Origin: a virus
DNA length: 64,000 nt
Reading direction: 5' to 3' (one strand)
IMG/VR virus record: IMGVR_UViG_3300043444_000140
Location: 32,001 to 96,000 of that record
Every line of letters begins with the position of its first letter. The stretch's first letter is position 1. Positions 36,729 to 47,199 of the stretch are shown here, piece by piece. The notes beneath the pieces are model-generated. The model saw only the letters and a program-made list of their open reading frames with translations, had not been told where the DNA came from and ran no database searches. Both the position numbers and the translations under genes were made by a program.

Positions 36729-38231
36729 ATGATTACAAATACTGGAAAAAGCATTATGGCTAAATACCTTGTTGGACAAGCCCCAGCATATGCCTCGCAC
36801 ATTGCTATTGGCTGTGGAGCAAAGCCTCTAAAGGGGCTTGAGTTTGCCATTGTTAACAGAGAAAAGGATGCAACAGTTGCAACCCTCAAGTCGGTTAACC
36901 ACGGTCTTTCTATTGGTCAGGCTATAGACGTGGTTGGTCTGGGCTCTGAATTTGACGGTACTTTTGTGATCACATCAGTAGAGTCAGATACTTTCTCCTA
37001 TACTACTGAAACTGGATCTGTAGACCTGCTTAGTCAGGACGCATTGTCTGGATACGCATACCCAAACTATAACAACAAGGAACGCCTAGATTTTGAAATG
37101 CTTCGTGTACCAATTATCTCACGAGGATATGTAACTGAAGATGACCCAGACGTTCTAGATGAATTTGGCAACATTAAAAAGATTTCTAAGATTGTTCTAA
37201 CGGCAGAACTTCCAACGGCAGAGAGATACGAGATAAGCGAAATTGGGGTATTCTCTGGACTGTCAAATCCATTAGCAGCAAATTCAGATAGCAGATCTGT
37301 ATATTCCTTTGCTGCGAATGAAGGTTGGTCTTACCACTCTGCAACTGACAATACAGTCACAGCCATCCCAGCCATTTCTGGAAAGTTGGATCAAGATGGA
37401 AACACCAACTCGATATCCGATGCAGCAATCACAGTCCCAGGATCAAACCCTGCGGTAAAGTACAAGGTTTTTCAGGCACCTGCCAGCAACGAAATCTTTC
37501 TGAGCGACTACAGAACCAAAAGATTTGAGCAGCCAAGATTTCAAGACAACGCTATTTTTATGGCAGGCAACTCTGCAAACCTAGCAGTAGACAGTTTTGG
37601 CAAGATGTCTGTAGTTCCAACTTGGACAGATGGAACAGAGTTTAAGTCTAACCATATTCACCTAACCAATGCAAGACTAAACTTTGACAGAAACTCAGTC
37701 ACAGACGAACTAAAGTTGGCTTTCTCAGTTGTGTCAAGAGACGAAGACCCAACAAATGATGACGTTCCAACAAGCGTAAGACTTATGGTCGAGTTTACTT
37801 CAACAGACGCATACGGAGAGGGGCAGTACGCAAGAATGGAAGTTGACCTGTACAATTCAGACGTGTTGAGCGAAGATCTTCCAAACGAAGGGTACAGATC
37901 AAATGTAGTCATTGACGATCTTTCTAAGAATAGGTACTTTGTGGCAACCAGAAAAATTGAGCAATTGACAAAGTCTTCTGGATTTTCATGGGAACTTGTC
38001 AAGAACGTCAAGGTATATGCAAGCGTTATGGACGCAAACAATGAACCTACAGATCTATTCTATGTAGCCCTAGATGGACTAAGATTTGAAAATGTATCAA
38101 CAACCAATCCAGTATACGGAATGACTGGCTATACGGTTGTAAACAATAATGATTTCAATCAGCCACGCACAATTATTAAGTCACCTAACTCTACCAACTA
38201 CGTTGAGTTTAGATTTGCGGTGGATGTATAA
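36729..38231 (+). CDS. minor tail/baseplate protein with an inserted beta-barrel module
   Basis: MITNTGK..HIAIGCG and EISEIGVFS fibre/baseplate motifs; insert NHGLSIGQAIDVVG. Confidence 0.7.
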   Translation: MITNTGKSIMAKYLVGQAPAYASHIAIGCGAKPLKGLEFAIVNREKDATVATLKSVNHGLSIGQAIDVVGLGSEFDGTFVITSVESDTFSYTTETGSVDLLSQDALSGYAYPNYNNKERLDFEMLRVPIISRGYVTEDDPDVLDEFGNIKKISKIVLTAELPTAERYEISEIGVFSGLSNPLAANSDSRSVYSFAANEGWSYHSATDNTVTAIPAISGKLDQDGNTNSISDAAITVPGSNPAVKYKVFQAPASNEIFLSDYRTKRFEQPRFQDNAIFMAGNSANLAVDSFGKMSVVPTWTDGTEFKSNHIHLTNARLNFDRNSVTDELKLAFSVVSRDEDPTNDDVPTSVRLMVEFTSTDAYGEGQYARMEVDLYNSDVLSEDLPNEGYRSNVVIDDLSKNRYFVATRKIEQLTKSSGFSWELVKNVKVYASVMDANNEPTDLFYVALDGLRFENVSTTNPVYGMTGYTVVNNNDFNQPRTIIKSPNSTNYVEFRFAVDV

Positions 38232-38785
38232 TGGCTGGCACCAGAAAGTATGTAAGAATACCACACAAGGACCTGCCTGACCTATTCTACTTGGATGGTA
38301 GCCCAGGAAAGAATGTTTATTTTCTTAGATATCGTGTATCTAATGAGGCTGGAACATCTTTTTCAAAATGGTCGCAAGAGTTTGAGGTTGATTCTGGCAT
38401 GTCTTCAAAAAAGTTTTTGATAAACGAAACCGATCCACTAGATAATGAAGCATCATATAGAGTAACGGGGCTAGTCTCCGTAGCCAGCGGTATTCTGACA
38501 GCAACCTGGAACGTAAAGGACCTTATAGACTCAAAAACCATATTCCAAAACAAATTTCATGTTTATATTAGAACCTATACAAATAATGCTCCAAATCAAT
38601 GGACTTTTGCACAGGAAGTTCTAGCCACAAGTTTCCAGACAAAGTTGCCATCCGATGTGCAGAACAAAGCAGACGTTGCCATCCTAGTTCCAACATACCG
38701 AGGTCTTGATGCGGAGCCAGGGCTTGGCACTGAGTCACCACTTACGCTATACCCAGAGTCAGTGGTTTGGTACCACGAGGGATAG
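38231..38785 (+). CDS. minor tail protein (FnIII-like character)
   Basis: YFLRYRVSNE..FSKWS motif; TAATG coupling. Confidence 0.55.
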   Translation: MAGTRKYVRIPHKDLPDLFYLDGSPGKNVYFLRYRVSNEAGTSFSKWSQEFEVDSGMSSKKFLINETDPLDNEASYRVTGLVSVASGILTATWNVKDLIDSKTIFQNKFHVYIRTYTNNAPNQWTFAQEVLATSFQTKLPSDVQNKADVAILVPTYRGLDAEPGLGTESPLTLYPESVVWYHEG

Positions 38786-38807
38786 TTTCGTGGTATAATG
38801 AATTACT

Positions 38808-39272
38808 ATGGCAAATAAAATTCAACTACCGACCAGAGGTCAACCAGTAGACACTTCCTTCCTTTATAAGTTAGCGGATGCAATTAACAAGGTTGGTGAG
38901 GCAGTAGACACTCGAAAGGGCAAGTCTTACATTAAGGCTAGAACAACAGATGCTGCTCAGAGTGGATCTTCTACAGCAAATACTTCAATCTTTGCATCTG
39001 TCTTTGCAGTAGTTCCAGCAGCAGCAACCGTGGATGCTACCACAGCACCAGTAACTGTACCAATTGACTTCAAGGGAATTGCGTTTCAGGCTATGCCTGT
39101 GGTTTCTGTAACTCCAATCACAATCGGTGATGGAGCAGAGGTAAACAAGACAGCATATGTTACGATTACAGACCTAACTGCATCACAGTGTACTGCTCAC
39201 GTAAAGTTTACTGGAACTGGCTCAGTCAAAAACCTATACCTGCACGTTATCGCTGTAGGCACACCTGTATAG
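38808..39272 (+). CDS. minor tail/fibre tip protein
   Basis: F..MPVVSVT and LHVIAVG C-terminal pattern; TGGTATAAT ends 8 nt before the ATG. Confidence 0.6.
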   Translation: MANKIQLPTRGQPVDTSFLYKLADAINKVGEAVDTRKGKSYIKARTTDAAQSGSSTANTSIFASVFAVVPAAATVDATTAPVTVPIDFKGIAFQAMPVVSVTPITIGDGAEVNKTAYVTITDLTASQCTAHVKFTGTGSVKNLYLHVIAVGTPV

Positions 39273-39280
39273 GAGAAGTC

Positions 39281-39823
39281 TTGGGAACCAAGAACAACAA
39301 ACTCCACCAGGTTGGATATAACGACAAGCCAATTATTCGTGGTAGCAAGAAGGTCTGGTTTCTCAATGGAGACCTGGTCAGAGTACATCACCTGAATAAA
39401 TCTAATGGCATTATGTCTGTTTATAACATTATAAAAGATCAGATTGAAAGTTGTCTTATTACTGATTTTAAAAAGAATCGTGAACGTGCCTACACAGTGG
39501 GAGAGACAGCGGACTTGGTAAACCGTCACAAGAAGTACATGCCATCACTAATGAAACGAGGAATCATTCCTCACCCAACTGGATCTCAAAAAGGTGGCGA
39601 AACTGCCTGGCAGGTAAGAAGTTACTATTCAGAGTCGCAAGTTCATGAGATTCGTGATATACTTGCTACCTACCATATTGGTAGACCAAGAAATGACAAG
39701 TTAATTACTAACGACATTACTCCTACAAGACAAGAGTTGACAAGGCGTATGGGCGATGGTATACTTACATATACAAGGACCGAAGATGGGCGTTTTATCC
39801 CAGTCTGGTCTGAATCTATTTAA
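39281..39823 (+). CDS. MerR-like HTH DNA-binding protein
   Basis: TTG start after AGGAG; AYTVGETADLVNRH..RGIIP..RSYYSESQV. Confidence 0.65.
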   Translation: MGTKNNKLHQVGYNDKPIIRGSKKVWFLNGDLVRVHHLNKSNGIMSVYNIIKDQIESCLITDFKKNRERAYTVGETADLVNRHKKYMPSLMKRGIIPHPTGSQKGGETAWQVRSYYSESQVHEIRDILATYHIGRPRNDKLITNDITPTRQELTRRMGDGILTYTRTEDGRFIPVWSESI

Positions 39824-39845
39824 TTGTTCTTGAAAGGAACAGGGT

Positions 39846-40055
39846 ATGAATAACGAAGAAACTAAGGTATCTATTGGACTTGGATACACCCTAAATCTAG
39901 GCAACTTCCAGTCGCTACGCATTGATCTGTCAGTAACAGACAACAAGCGTGAGGGCGAGAATACTAATGACGCTTTTGAGCGTGTCTATTCTTTTGTAGA
40001 GTCTAAACTCCAGGAGAAGGTTGCAGAAGCCCAAGGCGAGATCGAAGGCAAGTAA
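39846..40055 (+). CDS. hypothetical protein
   Basis: LGYTLNLGNFQSLRID motif; SD upstream. Confidence 0.7.
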   Translation: MNNEETKVSIGLGYTLNLGNFQSLRIDLSVTDNKREGENTNDAFERVYSFVESKLQEKVAEAQGEIEGK

Positions 40056-40363
40056 TGGCTGAACGCAAAGACCGAATGGCTTTGCTCAGTCGCTATGCCA
40101 AGTTACACACCAAGCACTACGAGGAAAAAGCCACACTTAATTTGAATGTCGAGCAGTGGGCTGCCGATGCACTTATTGAATCTTATACTTTACCTTTCTG
40201 CTACGATCTGCTAGAATATTATTTCAGCGTTGCACAAAAACCAGCATGGAAGTATTTTGCTAACTATGCTCACGACATAATCGACAAGCGTAACCAACTA
40301 GACCAAGACAACAAGGAGAGAGCCGAACGCCGTAGACTGGCTAAGGAGTGGCTAAATGAGTAA
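40055..40363 (+). CDS. hypothetical protein preceding the helicase
   Basis: Coupled ORF. Confidence 0.7.
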   Translation: MAERKDRMALLSRYAKLHTKHYEEKATLNLNVEQWAADALIESYTLPFCYDLLEYYFSVAQKPAWKYFANYAHDIIDKRNQLDQDNKERAERRRLAKEWLNE

Positions 40364-41576
40364 TATAGAGGCTAAGTTAATTTCAGCGGTACTACAGGAC
40401 AAGCAAGTCCACGTATTGCTACAGGCAAACGTAGAGAATATTCTCCGTACCCACAAGGACATCTGGCAGTTCATCAGAAACTATTCTGAGACTAACCAGT
40501 CAGTTCCACCAGTGTCTTTGGTTGTAGAAAAGTTTCGTGACTTCACTCCTATGGAGGGCGTTGGTGCTACCAAGTATCACCTAGAAGAGTTGCAGGGAGA
40601 GTTTCTAAACGATAGCGTTAAGGAACTTCTAAGAACTGCTGCTGCAGACGTACAGGCTGGACACAGTGCAGATGCCCTAGAGACAATCATTGCCAAGACC
40701 TCAGAACTCAAGAAGAACACCGCAGTCATTCGTGACATTGATGCAACAGATCTTGACTCAGCCGTAGCATACTTTGAGAACCTTGCACGACAGCAGGCAC
40801 TTGGCTCTATCGGCATCAAGACTGGTCTGCCAGGATTCGACAACTACCTACCTGCTGGTATTACTCCAGGACAGTTGGGTGTCTTCCTAGCCTACCCAGG
40901 TATCGGTAAGTCTTGGTTTGCCCTTTACATGGCGGTACAGGCATGGAAGCAAGGCAAGTCGCCACTAATCATCTCTCTCGAAATGAGTGAGACAGAAGTT
41001 CGTAACCGTGTATTTGCTATTATGGGCGAGGGTCTTTGGTCACACCGTAAGTTGTCTAACGGTCAGGTAGAGATTGATGACCTAAAGCGTTGGCACTCAA
41101 AGGAACTTGCTGGGAAGCCAGAGTTCCACATTATCTCTAACGATTCTGGCGGTGAGGTTACTCCATCGGTTATCCGTGGAAAGATTGACCAGTACAAGCC
41201 AGACCTAGTTATCGTAGACTACCTACAGTTGATGTCTCCTAACCAGAAGTCAGACAACGAAACGGTACGCATGAAGAACCTGTCTCGTGAACTCAAACTT
41301 ATGGCTATTAGCGAAGAGATGCCTATCATCGCTATCTCTTCTGCAACTCCAGACGATGTAACAAAGTTGGACACCGTTCCTACGCTAGGTCAGACCGCAT
41401 GGTCACGCCAGATTGCATACGATGCTGACTGGGTTCTAGCCTTGGGTCGTGGAACAAACAGCGACATCCTTGAGTGCGTATTCCGTAAGAACCGTAACGG
41501 CTTTATGGGCGAGTTCCTGGTTCAGGTAGACTTCGACAAGGGCTGGTACAAGTACAAAGACTTTGAGGATAAGTAA
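40356..41576 (+). CDS. dnaB: DnaB-like replicative helicase
   Basis: AYPGIGKS Walker A, SLEMS, VIVDYLQLM, KNRNG. Confidence 0.93.
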   Translation: MSNIEAKLISAVLQDKQVHVLLQANVENILRTHKDIWQFIRNYSETNQSVPPVSLVVEKFRDFTPMEGVGATKYHLEELQGEFLNDSVKELLRTAAADVQAGHSADALETIIAKTSELKKNTAVIRDIDATDLDSAVAYFENLARQQALGSIGIKTGLPGFDNYLPAGITPGQLGVFLAYPGIGKSWFALYMAVQAWKQGKSPLIISLEMSETEVRNRVFAIMGEGLWSHRKLSNGQVEIDDLKRWHSKELAGKPEFHIISNDSGGEVTPSVIRGKIDQYKPDLVIVDYLQLMSPNQKSDNETVRMKNLSRELKLMAISEEMPIIAISSATPDDVTKLDTVPTLGQTAWSRQIAYDADWVLALGRGTNSDILECVFRKNRNGFMGEFLVQVDFDKGWYKYKDFEDK

Positions 41577-41597
41577 AAGAAATTGCTATAATAGACT

Positions 41598-41942
41598 ATG
41601 GTCAATTCACACCACAAGTCTATTAAGAAGTTTTCTTTAAATGGAGAGATCCACGATGATTCAGCAATTGCTAGACTAAGGCTAGAGTACACTAGACTTC
41701 TTAGACAGCAAATGAGAGAATCTGGATATGCCGAAAGACTTGACATTGACCCAGACTTTACATTAAAATATAATAAGAAGACAGAAACGTTTACATTTAA
41801 GATATCAATATATGGGTCATATGTAGGAAAGAAGAGTATAGAATGCGTAGTGGGAATAGACGGCACAACAGTGATATATACACAGCCGAACAGATCAAGC
41901 GAATCCTTGTTGGATCAGGAATCGACATTGAATCAGAAGTAG
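41598..41942 (+). CDS. hypothetical protein
   Basis: ORF after TGCTATAAT; overlaps the primase by 100 nt. Confidence 0.6.
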   Translation: MVNSHHKSIKKFSLNGEIHDDSAIARLRLEYTRLLRQQMRESGYAERLDIDPDFTLKYNKKTETFTFKISIYGSYVGKKSIECVVGIDGTTVIYTQPNRSSESLLDQESTLNQK

Positions 41943-42787
41943 ACTCTGACTATATCATCTTCTGCCCATACCACAACAACTATCGCTCACCTGCTGGAGA
42001 AATTGATAAGGTAAACGGAACGTTCTTTTGCTTCTCTTGCCAGAAGGTTGCAGACCTAACTGAGTTTATTATGCATACCTCTGGTCGTACATACTTCGAG
42101 TCCGTAAGATACATAAAGTCTAAAGAAACCGAAACAGATATTGAGCAGATCGTAAACAAGGCTCTTATTGTTAAGCCAGACTACAATCAGTTTGACCAGG
42201 TTCTAATCAAGAGGCTAAACCAGCAGGCACTGGATGCTCCACGTGCTATGCGTTATTACAACGGAAGACTAATCTCAGACTCTTCTGTAAAGAAGTTTGC
42301 TCTGGGCTTTTCGGAAAAACAGGATATGGTAACTATACCAGTCCACTCACCAGACGGGGTTGAGGTTGGCTTCGTTGGTCGCTCTATCGAGGGCAAAGAT
42401 TTCAAGAATACTCCAGGACTGCCAAAGAGCAAAGTCCTATTTAACCTACACCGTGTAAAGACATCAAGCAAGGTCTACGTTGTCGAATCATCATTTGATG
42501 CTATTCGCCTAGACCAGTGTGGCTTTCCAGCGGTAGCGACATTGGGTGCTAACGTATCCAATTTCCAAACAGACCTACTCAAAAAATACTTCAATAACAT
42601 CATAGTTATTGCAGACAATGATGAAGCAGGCGGTAACATGAAAGACAAGATCGTAGAACGTCTTGGCTCACGTGTTACTGTTATCAAATTAGATAAACAA
42701 TACAAGGATATTGGCGATATGCCAGACGAAGCAATAAAAAATATTGACGAATCGTTTGACAAGTCTATCGCTGCTATGCTACAATAA
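41843..42787 (+). CDS. dnaG: DNA primase (Zn finger plus TOPRIM)
   Basis: CPYH..CFSC, GFVGRS, VVESSFDA, ADNDEAG. Confidence 0.9.
   Translation: MRSGNRRHNSDIYTAEQIKRILVGSGIDIESEVDSDYIIFCPYHNNYRSPAGEIDKVNGTFFCFSCQKVADLTEFIMHTSGRTYFESVRYIKSKETETDIEQIVNKALIVKPDYNQFDQVLIKRLNQQALDAPRAMRYYNGRLISDSSVKKFALGFSEKQDMVTIPVHSPDGVEVGFVGRSIEGKDFKNTPGLPKSKVLFNLHRVKTSSKVYVVESSFDAIRLDQCGFPAVATLGANVSNFQTDLLKKYFNNIIVIADNDEAGGNMKDKIVERLGSRVTVIKLDKQYKDIGDMPDEAIKNIDESFDKSIAAMLQ
42756..42785 (+). promoter_or_regulatory. sigma70-type promoter
   Basis: TTGACA-18-TACAAT with a TG extension. Confidence 0.7.
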
Positions 42788-42814
42788 TAAACCAATATAA
42801 ATTAAGGAGAAATA

Positions 42815-43471
42815 ATGAGCGTTATTAAGGGACTAAAAAACATCAATGCCCTGCTTGACAAGCCAAAGGTAGAAAATTCAGGACAGAAAGTTCGTTGGGT
42901 AAAGTTGGCTGACGGACAGGGAGCAAAGATCCGTTTCGTAGAGGAACTGGATGAAGACAGTGCAACTTATGCAGAGGCACGTGGTCTTGCAGTTGTAATT
43001 TCGGAGCACCAGAATCCAAAGGACTACAAGCGTAAGGCTGCTTGTACCCAGGATTCAGAGGGTCGCTGCTACGGCTGTGAGATGGCTCGTAAGGAGCCAA
43101 AGGTGGGCTGGCGTTCACGTATGCGTTTCTACTGCAACGTCCTAGTTGACGACGGTACCGAAGACCCATACATCGCTGTGTGGTCACAGGGTATCTCAAA
43201 GCAGTCTGCATTCAACACCATCCGTGAGTATGCACTTGAGACTGGATCTATCTCAAACCTAACTTGGAAGATTAAGCGTAATGGTCAGGGAACTGAAACC
43301 AACTACACCTTGATTCCAACAGGTCCAGATTCAGAACCATTCAACTGGGGAGCATACGAGTTCTTTAACCTCGAGAAGGTTGTTCGTGAAGTTCCATACG
43401 CAGAGCAGGAAGATTTCTACTTCGGCTTTGAGTCAGGTTCATCAGTCACCTCTTCAAACATTGACTGGTAA
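42815..43471 (+). CDS. single-stranded DNA-binding protein (gp32-like)
   Basis: KIRF, C..CYGC, KIKRNGQGTETNY; acidic/aromatic C-terminal tail; synteny. Confidence 0.72.
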   Translation: MSVIKGLKNINALLDKPKVENSGQKVRWVKLADGQGAKIRFVEELDEDSATYAEARGLAVVISEHQNPKDYKRKAACTQDSEGRCYGCEMARKEPKVGWRSRMRFYCNVLVDDGTEDPYIAVWSQGISKQSAFNTIREYALETGSISNLTWKIKRNGQGTETNYTLIPTGPDSEPFNWGAYEFFNLEKVVREVPYAEQEDFYFGFESGSSVTSSNIDW

Positions 43472-43484
43472 CAACTAATGTGAG

Positions 43485-43514
43485 TGGGGGTACTGTAAAA
43501 GGTACCCCCATTTG
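43485..43514 (+). terminator. intrinsic terminator
   Basis: TGGGGGTAC-loop-GTACCCCCA followed by TTT. Confidence 0.7.
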
Positions 43515-43525
43515 CTTTACATGTC

Positions 43526-43554
43526 TTGACAACATGCAAAAAATATGTCATAAT
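43526..43554 (+). promoter_or_regulatory. sigma70-type promoter for dnaE
   Basis: TTGACA-17-CATAAT. Confidence 0.7.
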
Positions 43555-43592
43555 TTTTACACATCATTCAAACGTATAAAGGAAAATAATAT

Positions 43593-46500
43593 ATGAGTTA
43601 CGCTGGACTACACGTTCACACTCACTACTCGCTTTTCGATGGTATTGCGACACCACAGGAATATGTGGACAGGGCTGTAGCACTTGGTATGCCAGCCATT
43701 GCCATCACAGACCACGGTTCGCTATCTGGGCACCGTGAGATGTATCGTGCTGCAAAGACTGCAGGAATCAAACCTATTCTTGGAATTGAGGGGTACATTG
43801 CGAATGATCGCTTTGACCACGAAGACAAGAAAGAGAAGAACGACCCCCTAGACCTTAACTACAACCACTTGATTATTCTTGCCAAGAATGCCAAGGGTCT
43901 AGAGAACCTTAACAAACTTAATGAACTTGCCTGGACAGAGGGTTTCTACAAGAAACCTCGCATGGACTGGAAGATTCTAGAGCAGTACAAAGATGGACTA
44001 ATCATCACTTCTGGCTGTCTATCTGGCTACCTAGCCAAAGCAATTGAGTCAGACAACCTGGCTGCTGCCAAAACCCACCTCCAGTGGGCACAGGAGACGT
44101 TTGGAGACGATTACTACATTGAGGTAATGCCACACAACCCTAAAGAGATTAATGACGTTATTTTGGCTCTGGCGGACGAATTCGGTATCAAGCCAATCGT
44201 TACTCCTGACTGCCACCACTCTGACCCAAGCCAGAAAGAAATCCAGGAACTTAAACTAATCCTAAACTCATACTCAAACAAGGCTGAAAAGGGTGCTACC
44301 TACGAAGGCTCTACCAAGTATGAGAACTTGATGGATAAACTAGACTACCTGTACGGTGCAGACCGTCAGATGTCATTCAACAAGTTTGAGATTCACCTAT
44401 TGTCTGATGAAGAGATGCACAATGCTATGGGTGCTCAGGGTATTACACGTCAGGACATGTACGACAACACTGTCGAGATTGTTAACAAGATTGAAGACTA
44501 TGACATTCAGGACCACACAGACCTACTTCCAGTACAGTACCAGAATCCAAATGAGGAACTTTACACTCTTGCACTAGAGGGGCTCCGTGCCAAGGGTCTA
44601 GCAGACAAGCAGGAGTATCTAGATCGCCTAGACGAAGAACTAGGAATTATTAAAGACAAGAACTTTGGTCCATATTTCTTGGTTGTACGCTCTATGATTG
44701 CGTGGGCTAAGAAGGAAGACATCATGGTGGGTCCAGGTCGTGGTTCTGCTGCTGGCTCGTTGCTCTGCTATGCCCTGGGCATTACAGACATTGACCCTAT
44801 CGTTCACGGTCTGCTGTTCTTCCGTTTTATTAACCCAGAACGTAACGACTTCCCAGATATTGATACTGATATTCAGGATAACCGTCGTGAAGAAGTAAAG
44901 GACTACTTGGTTCGCCAGTATCGTCACGTTGCATCCATCGCCACATTCCTTGAGTTCAAGGGTAAAGGCATGATCCGTGACATTGCTCGTGTGCTAAACA
45001 TTCCTCTAGTAGACGTTAACAAAGTTCTTAAACTTGTAGACGACTGGGACGACTACCTACGTTCGAAGTCAACTCAAGAGTTCCGTGAGAAGTACCCAGA
45101 GATTGAGATTTATGGAGAGCAACTCCGTGGTCGTATTCGTGGTACTGGTATTCACGCTGCAGGTGTTGTGACATCTAAGGAGCCTATCTTCAAGTTTGCT
45201 CCACTAGAGACTCGTACAACTCCAGGTAGCAAGGACCGTATCCCAGTCGTTGCGGTAGACATGGAAGAAGCAGAGCGTATTGGTCTTATTAAGATTGACG
45301 CACTGGGTCTAAAGACTCTATCTGTTATTCAGGACACTACCAAGATTATTGAAGAGCGTTATGGCAAGAAGATTGATCTTCACGATATTGACATGGAAGA
45401 CAAAAACATCTATTCCATGCTCTCTGACGGATATACCAAGGGTGTGTTCCAGTGTGAAGCGACACCATATACTAATCTGTTGGTAAAGATGGGTGTCAAG
45501 AACTTTGCAGAACTTGCAGCATCTAACGCTCTGGTTCGTCCAGGTGCTATGAATACCATCGGTAAGGACTACATTGCTCGTAAGCATGGTAAGCAGAACA
45601 TCTCATATCACCACCAAGTGATGAAGGCGTTCACGGCTGAGACATACGGATGTATTCTATACCAGGAACAGGTTATGCAGGCTTGTACAGAACTTGGCGG
45701 TATGACGATGGCTGAGGCTGACAAGGTTCGTAAGATCATCGGTAAGAAGAAGGATGCCAAAGAGTTTGACCAGTTTAAGGACAGGTTCGTAAAGGGTGCA
45801 TCTCAATTCTTGCGACCAGAAGTTGCAGAAGAACTATGGCACGACTTCGAGGCTCACGCAGGGTACTCGTTCAACAAGTCTCACGCTGTAGCATACTCAA
45901 CGCTATCATACTGGACTGCATGGTTGAAGTACTACTACCCAATTGAGTTCATGTTTGCTCTTCTAAAGAACGAGAAAGACAAGGATGCTCGTACAGAGTA
46001 TCTAATTGAGGCAAAGCGTATGGGCATTCCAGTTCGCTTGCCACACATTAATGAGTCAGACATTGACTTTAAGATTGAGGGTAAGGGAATTAGGTTTGGA
46101 CTATCAGCCATTAAATTCATTTCAGATAACATTGCTAGTAAGTACATTGCTGCTCGTCCATTTGGCTCGTACAAAGAACTTGAGGAGTTTACTTTTGGTA
46201 AGGGTAATGGTGTTAATTCTCGTGCTCTTCAGGCTCTTCGAGTTGTTGGTGCTGCAACCTTTGAGGACAATCCACGCAACGACGATGAAATTCGTGAAAA
46301 CCTTTACGAGTATCTCAACCTACCAGAATTCAATGTATCAATTCCACAACACTACCACGCATTTATAAATGACGTAGAAGAGTTTGAGGAAAAGGGATCA
46401 TTCGTTATCATGGGTATGGTAAAGGAGATTAAGCGTGGCAAGGGCTGGAGCCGTGTAGAGGTTCTAGATAAGACTGGTAGTGTTGGTATCTTCGACGAAG

Positions 46501-46874
46501 AGCAGACCGCTATTGAGGCAGGAAGAACCTATCTTCTTCTCGCTAGCGACAACAGGATTGTTACCGCAATCCCTGCTGATGAAATCAAGGGTAATGAATC
46601 GGCACTGATTAAGTTCTTGAACTACAGACAACTTCCATTCAAGGAAGAAGAAATGTTTGTGGTGTCATTCAAGTCACGCATTACCAAGGCTGGAAAGAAG
46701 ATGGCATCTCTCACACTAGCGGACAGTGGAAGAGACCTGCACTCAGTTACGGTATTCCCAACAGCCTACTCAAAGGCATATATGAAGATTGACGAGGGTA
46801 AGGCATACAAGTTTACTTTCGGTAAAACAAAAGATGGAACAACGATTATGGAGGATGTAGAAAATGTTCGATGA
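43593..46874 (+). CDS. dnaE: DNA polymerase III alpha subunit (family C)
   Basis: HVHTHYSLFDG PHP motif, GPGRGSAAGS, PDIDTD, HAAGVV, YSFNKSHA; no intein. Confidence 0.97.
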   Translation: MSYAGLHVHTHYSLFDGIATPQEYVDRAVALGMPAIAITDHGSLSGHREMYRAAKTAGIKPILGIEGYIANDRFDHEDKKEKNDPLDLNYNHLIILAKNAKGLENLNKLNELAWTEGFYKKPRMDWKILEQYKDGLIITSGCLSGYLAKAIESDNLAAAKTHLQWAQETFGDDYYIEVMPHNPKEINDVILALADEFGIKPIVTPDCHHSDPSQKEIQELKLILNSYSNKAEKGATYEGSTKYENLMDKLDYLYGADRQMSFNKFEIHLLSDEEMHNAMGAQGITRQDMYDNTVEIVNKIEDYDIQDHTDLLPVQYQNPNEELYTLALEGLRAKGLADKQEYLDRLDEELGIIKDKNFGPYFLVVRSMIAWAKKEDIMVGPGRGSAAGSLLCYALGITDIDPIVHGLLFFRFINPERNDFPDIDTDIQDNRREEVKDYLVRQYRHVASIATFLEFKGKGMIRDIARVLNIPLVDVNKVLKLVDDWDDYLRSKSTQEFREKYPEIEIYGEQLRGRIRGTGIHAAGVVTSKEPIFKFAPLETRTTPGSKDRIPVVAVDMEEAERIGLIKIDALGLKTLSVIQDTTKIIEERYGKKIDLHDIDMEDKNIYSMLSDGYTKGVFQCEATPYTNLLVKMGVKNFAELAASNALVRPGAMNTIGKDYIARKHGKQNISYHHQVMKAFTAETYGCILYQEQVMQACTELGGMTMAEADKVRKIIGKKKDAKEFDQFKDRFVKGASQFLRPEVAEELWHDFEAHAGYSFNKSHAVAYSTLSYWTAWLKYYYPIEFMFALLKNEKDKDARTEYLIEAKRMGIPVRLPHINESDIDFKIEGKGIRFGLSAIKFISDNIASKYIAARPFGSYKELEEFTFGKGNGVNSRALQALRVVGAATFEDNPRNDDEIRENLYEYLNLPEFNVSIPQHYHAFINDVEEFEEKGSFVIMGMVKEIKRGKGWSRVEVLDKTGSVGIFDEEQTAIEAGRTYLLLASDNRIVTAIPADEIKGNESALIKFLNYRQLPFKEEEMFVVSFKSRITKAGKKMASLTLADSGRDLHSVTVFPTAYSKAYMKIDEGKAYKFTFGKTKDGTTIMEDVENVR

Positions 46875-47199
46875 TATTGCAATGCAGTTGCATGAGACTG
46901 CAGTTAAGAAGGGTTTCTGGAGCGTTATAGATGACGCTACACAGGAACAGGTGGATATCTTTGTAACCAAGCAGTTGATGATGATTGTATCAGAGGCTGT
47001 AGAGGTTATGGAGGCTATCCGCAAAGATAAGGGAGAGCACGAGATTGCAGACGAGATGGCAGACATCCTGATCCGCACCTTCGATCTCTATGCAGGTTTG
47101 GTAGAGCATGGGTACACCAAGGTGTCTCTAGACCACGCATTTGAAAACAAGACAAACATTAACCAGGCACGTCCTGAGAAGCACGGAGTAAGATTCTAA
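46864..47199 (+). CDS. MazG-like NTP pyrophosphohydrolase
   Basis: SEAVEVMEA..DEMADILIR; N..RPEKHG. Confidence 0.8.
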   Translation: MFDDIAMQLHETAVKKGFWSVIDDATQEQVDIFVTKQLMMIVSEAVEVMEAIRKDKGEHEIADEMADILIRTFDLYAGLVEHGYTKVSLDHAFENKTNINQARPEKHGVRF

